A DNA stretch of 63,802 nt, counting the filler, from Octopus bimaculoides (taxonomy: Eukaryota), in NCBI RefSeq assembly GCF_001194135.2. It is 9 parts of 9 records of this genome, joined end to end, with 100 filler letters (N's around TTAATTAATTAA, not from the genome) between each part and the next. Parts side by side here need not be neighbours in the genome. Positions count along the whole stretch, not along the records: positions 62,348 to 63,802 come from NW_026309477.1; 8 more parts are not named here. The stretch is one strand, 5' to 3'. Numbering within the stretch: position 1 is the stretch's first letter; every line of letters starts with the position of its first letter. Position numbers and translations under genes: made by a program. Shown in pieces: positions 63,215-63,802 of this stretch. The notes beneath the pieces were generated by a model, which made no database searches, had not been told where the DNA came from, and was given only the letters and a program-made list of their open reading frames with translations.

Positions 63215-63480
63215 TATCCGGTTTCTATGGCATAAAACTGACCGAGATTACAATACTCTTCATGAAGAGGACACCAGATCGTTTTGGGGTTATTCATTCT
63301 CAACTGGGCAGACTGGGGCGACGTGAAATAAAGTTTTGTTCAAGAACAAAGCTCACGGGATCAGGTGGTGCGTTGTGTCCTTCAGCAAAGTATTTCATTT
63401 CACGTTGATACAATCCAATCAGCTGTAAACGAACAACACTGCAAAGGACTGGCGTCCCGCACAGAGGAGATGTTATTCCA
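63215..63480. mobile_element. Two oppositely oriented, diverged family-D-like SINE fragments
   Basis: Minus-strand core gtgaaataaagttttgttcaagaac (~63325) and plus-strand core ttgtgtccttcagcaaagtatttcatttcacgttg (~63372). Confidence 0.5.
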
Positions 63481-63675
63481 GTCACGAATCGAAACCACAA
63501 CGTTCCGATCACTGGCGCACGATCCAGGCCACTAGAGTACACATATATATATATAACCGACAGAGTGCTCAGAAACTTATTGTACATTCTCAATGTGGTC
63601 GTGTGAGTTTTTTATGCTTGAGCATTTGCTACCGACACACTTTCATTATTCTTAGGGATGCATATACTTCATTAT

Positions 63676-63725
<50 letters not shown>

Positions 63726-63802
63726 GTCTGTCTCTCTATCTATTTGTGCACCTATCTGGGGTGTTGTAAGATAAAGCCACAACGACACCGATATGACTGC
63801 TC

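Larger units (their letters stand above)
62393..63755. repeat. Inverted duplication (62393-62630 versus 63591-63755) around a 960-bp spacer
   Basis: Near-identical unique sequence plus a (GATA)n tract of different length in each arm. Confidence 0.85.

Overview
AT-rich, gap-ridden eukaryotic (animal) scaffold, almost entirely intronic or intergenic. The repeat set resembles octopus (coleoid cephalopod); this is my recognition, not a database hit. Nearly all ORFs in the supplied track are artefacts of N-gaps or microsatellites. What the sequence supports: (1) several tRNA-derived SINE families in many copies, one carrying an internal microsatellite; (2) decayed non-LTR retrotransposons (CR1, RTE/RTEX, R4/Dong-type RLE, Penelope-like RT); (3) DNA transposons (four mariners, two DD37D maT copies, a Tc1-like element with 36-residue D-E spacing, a hAT-like MITE, a Helitron 3' end); (4) at least eight large palindromic or foldback elements; (5) several hammerhead-ribozyme motifs, including a 531-bp head-to-head palindrome whose arms read tRNA-like head, (TAA)n, hammerhead tail; (6) one convincing minus-strand coding exon of unknown identity (20306-20620) and two weaker exon candidates. 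No rRNA, true tRNA or CRISPR array was found.
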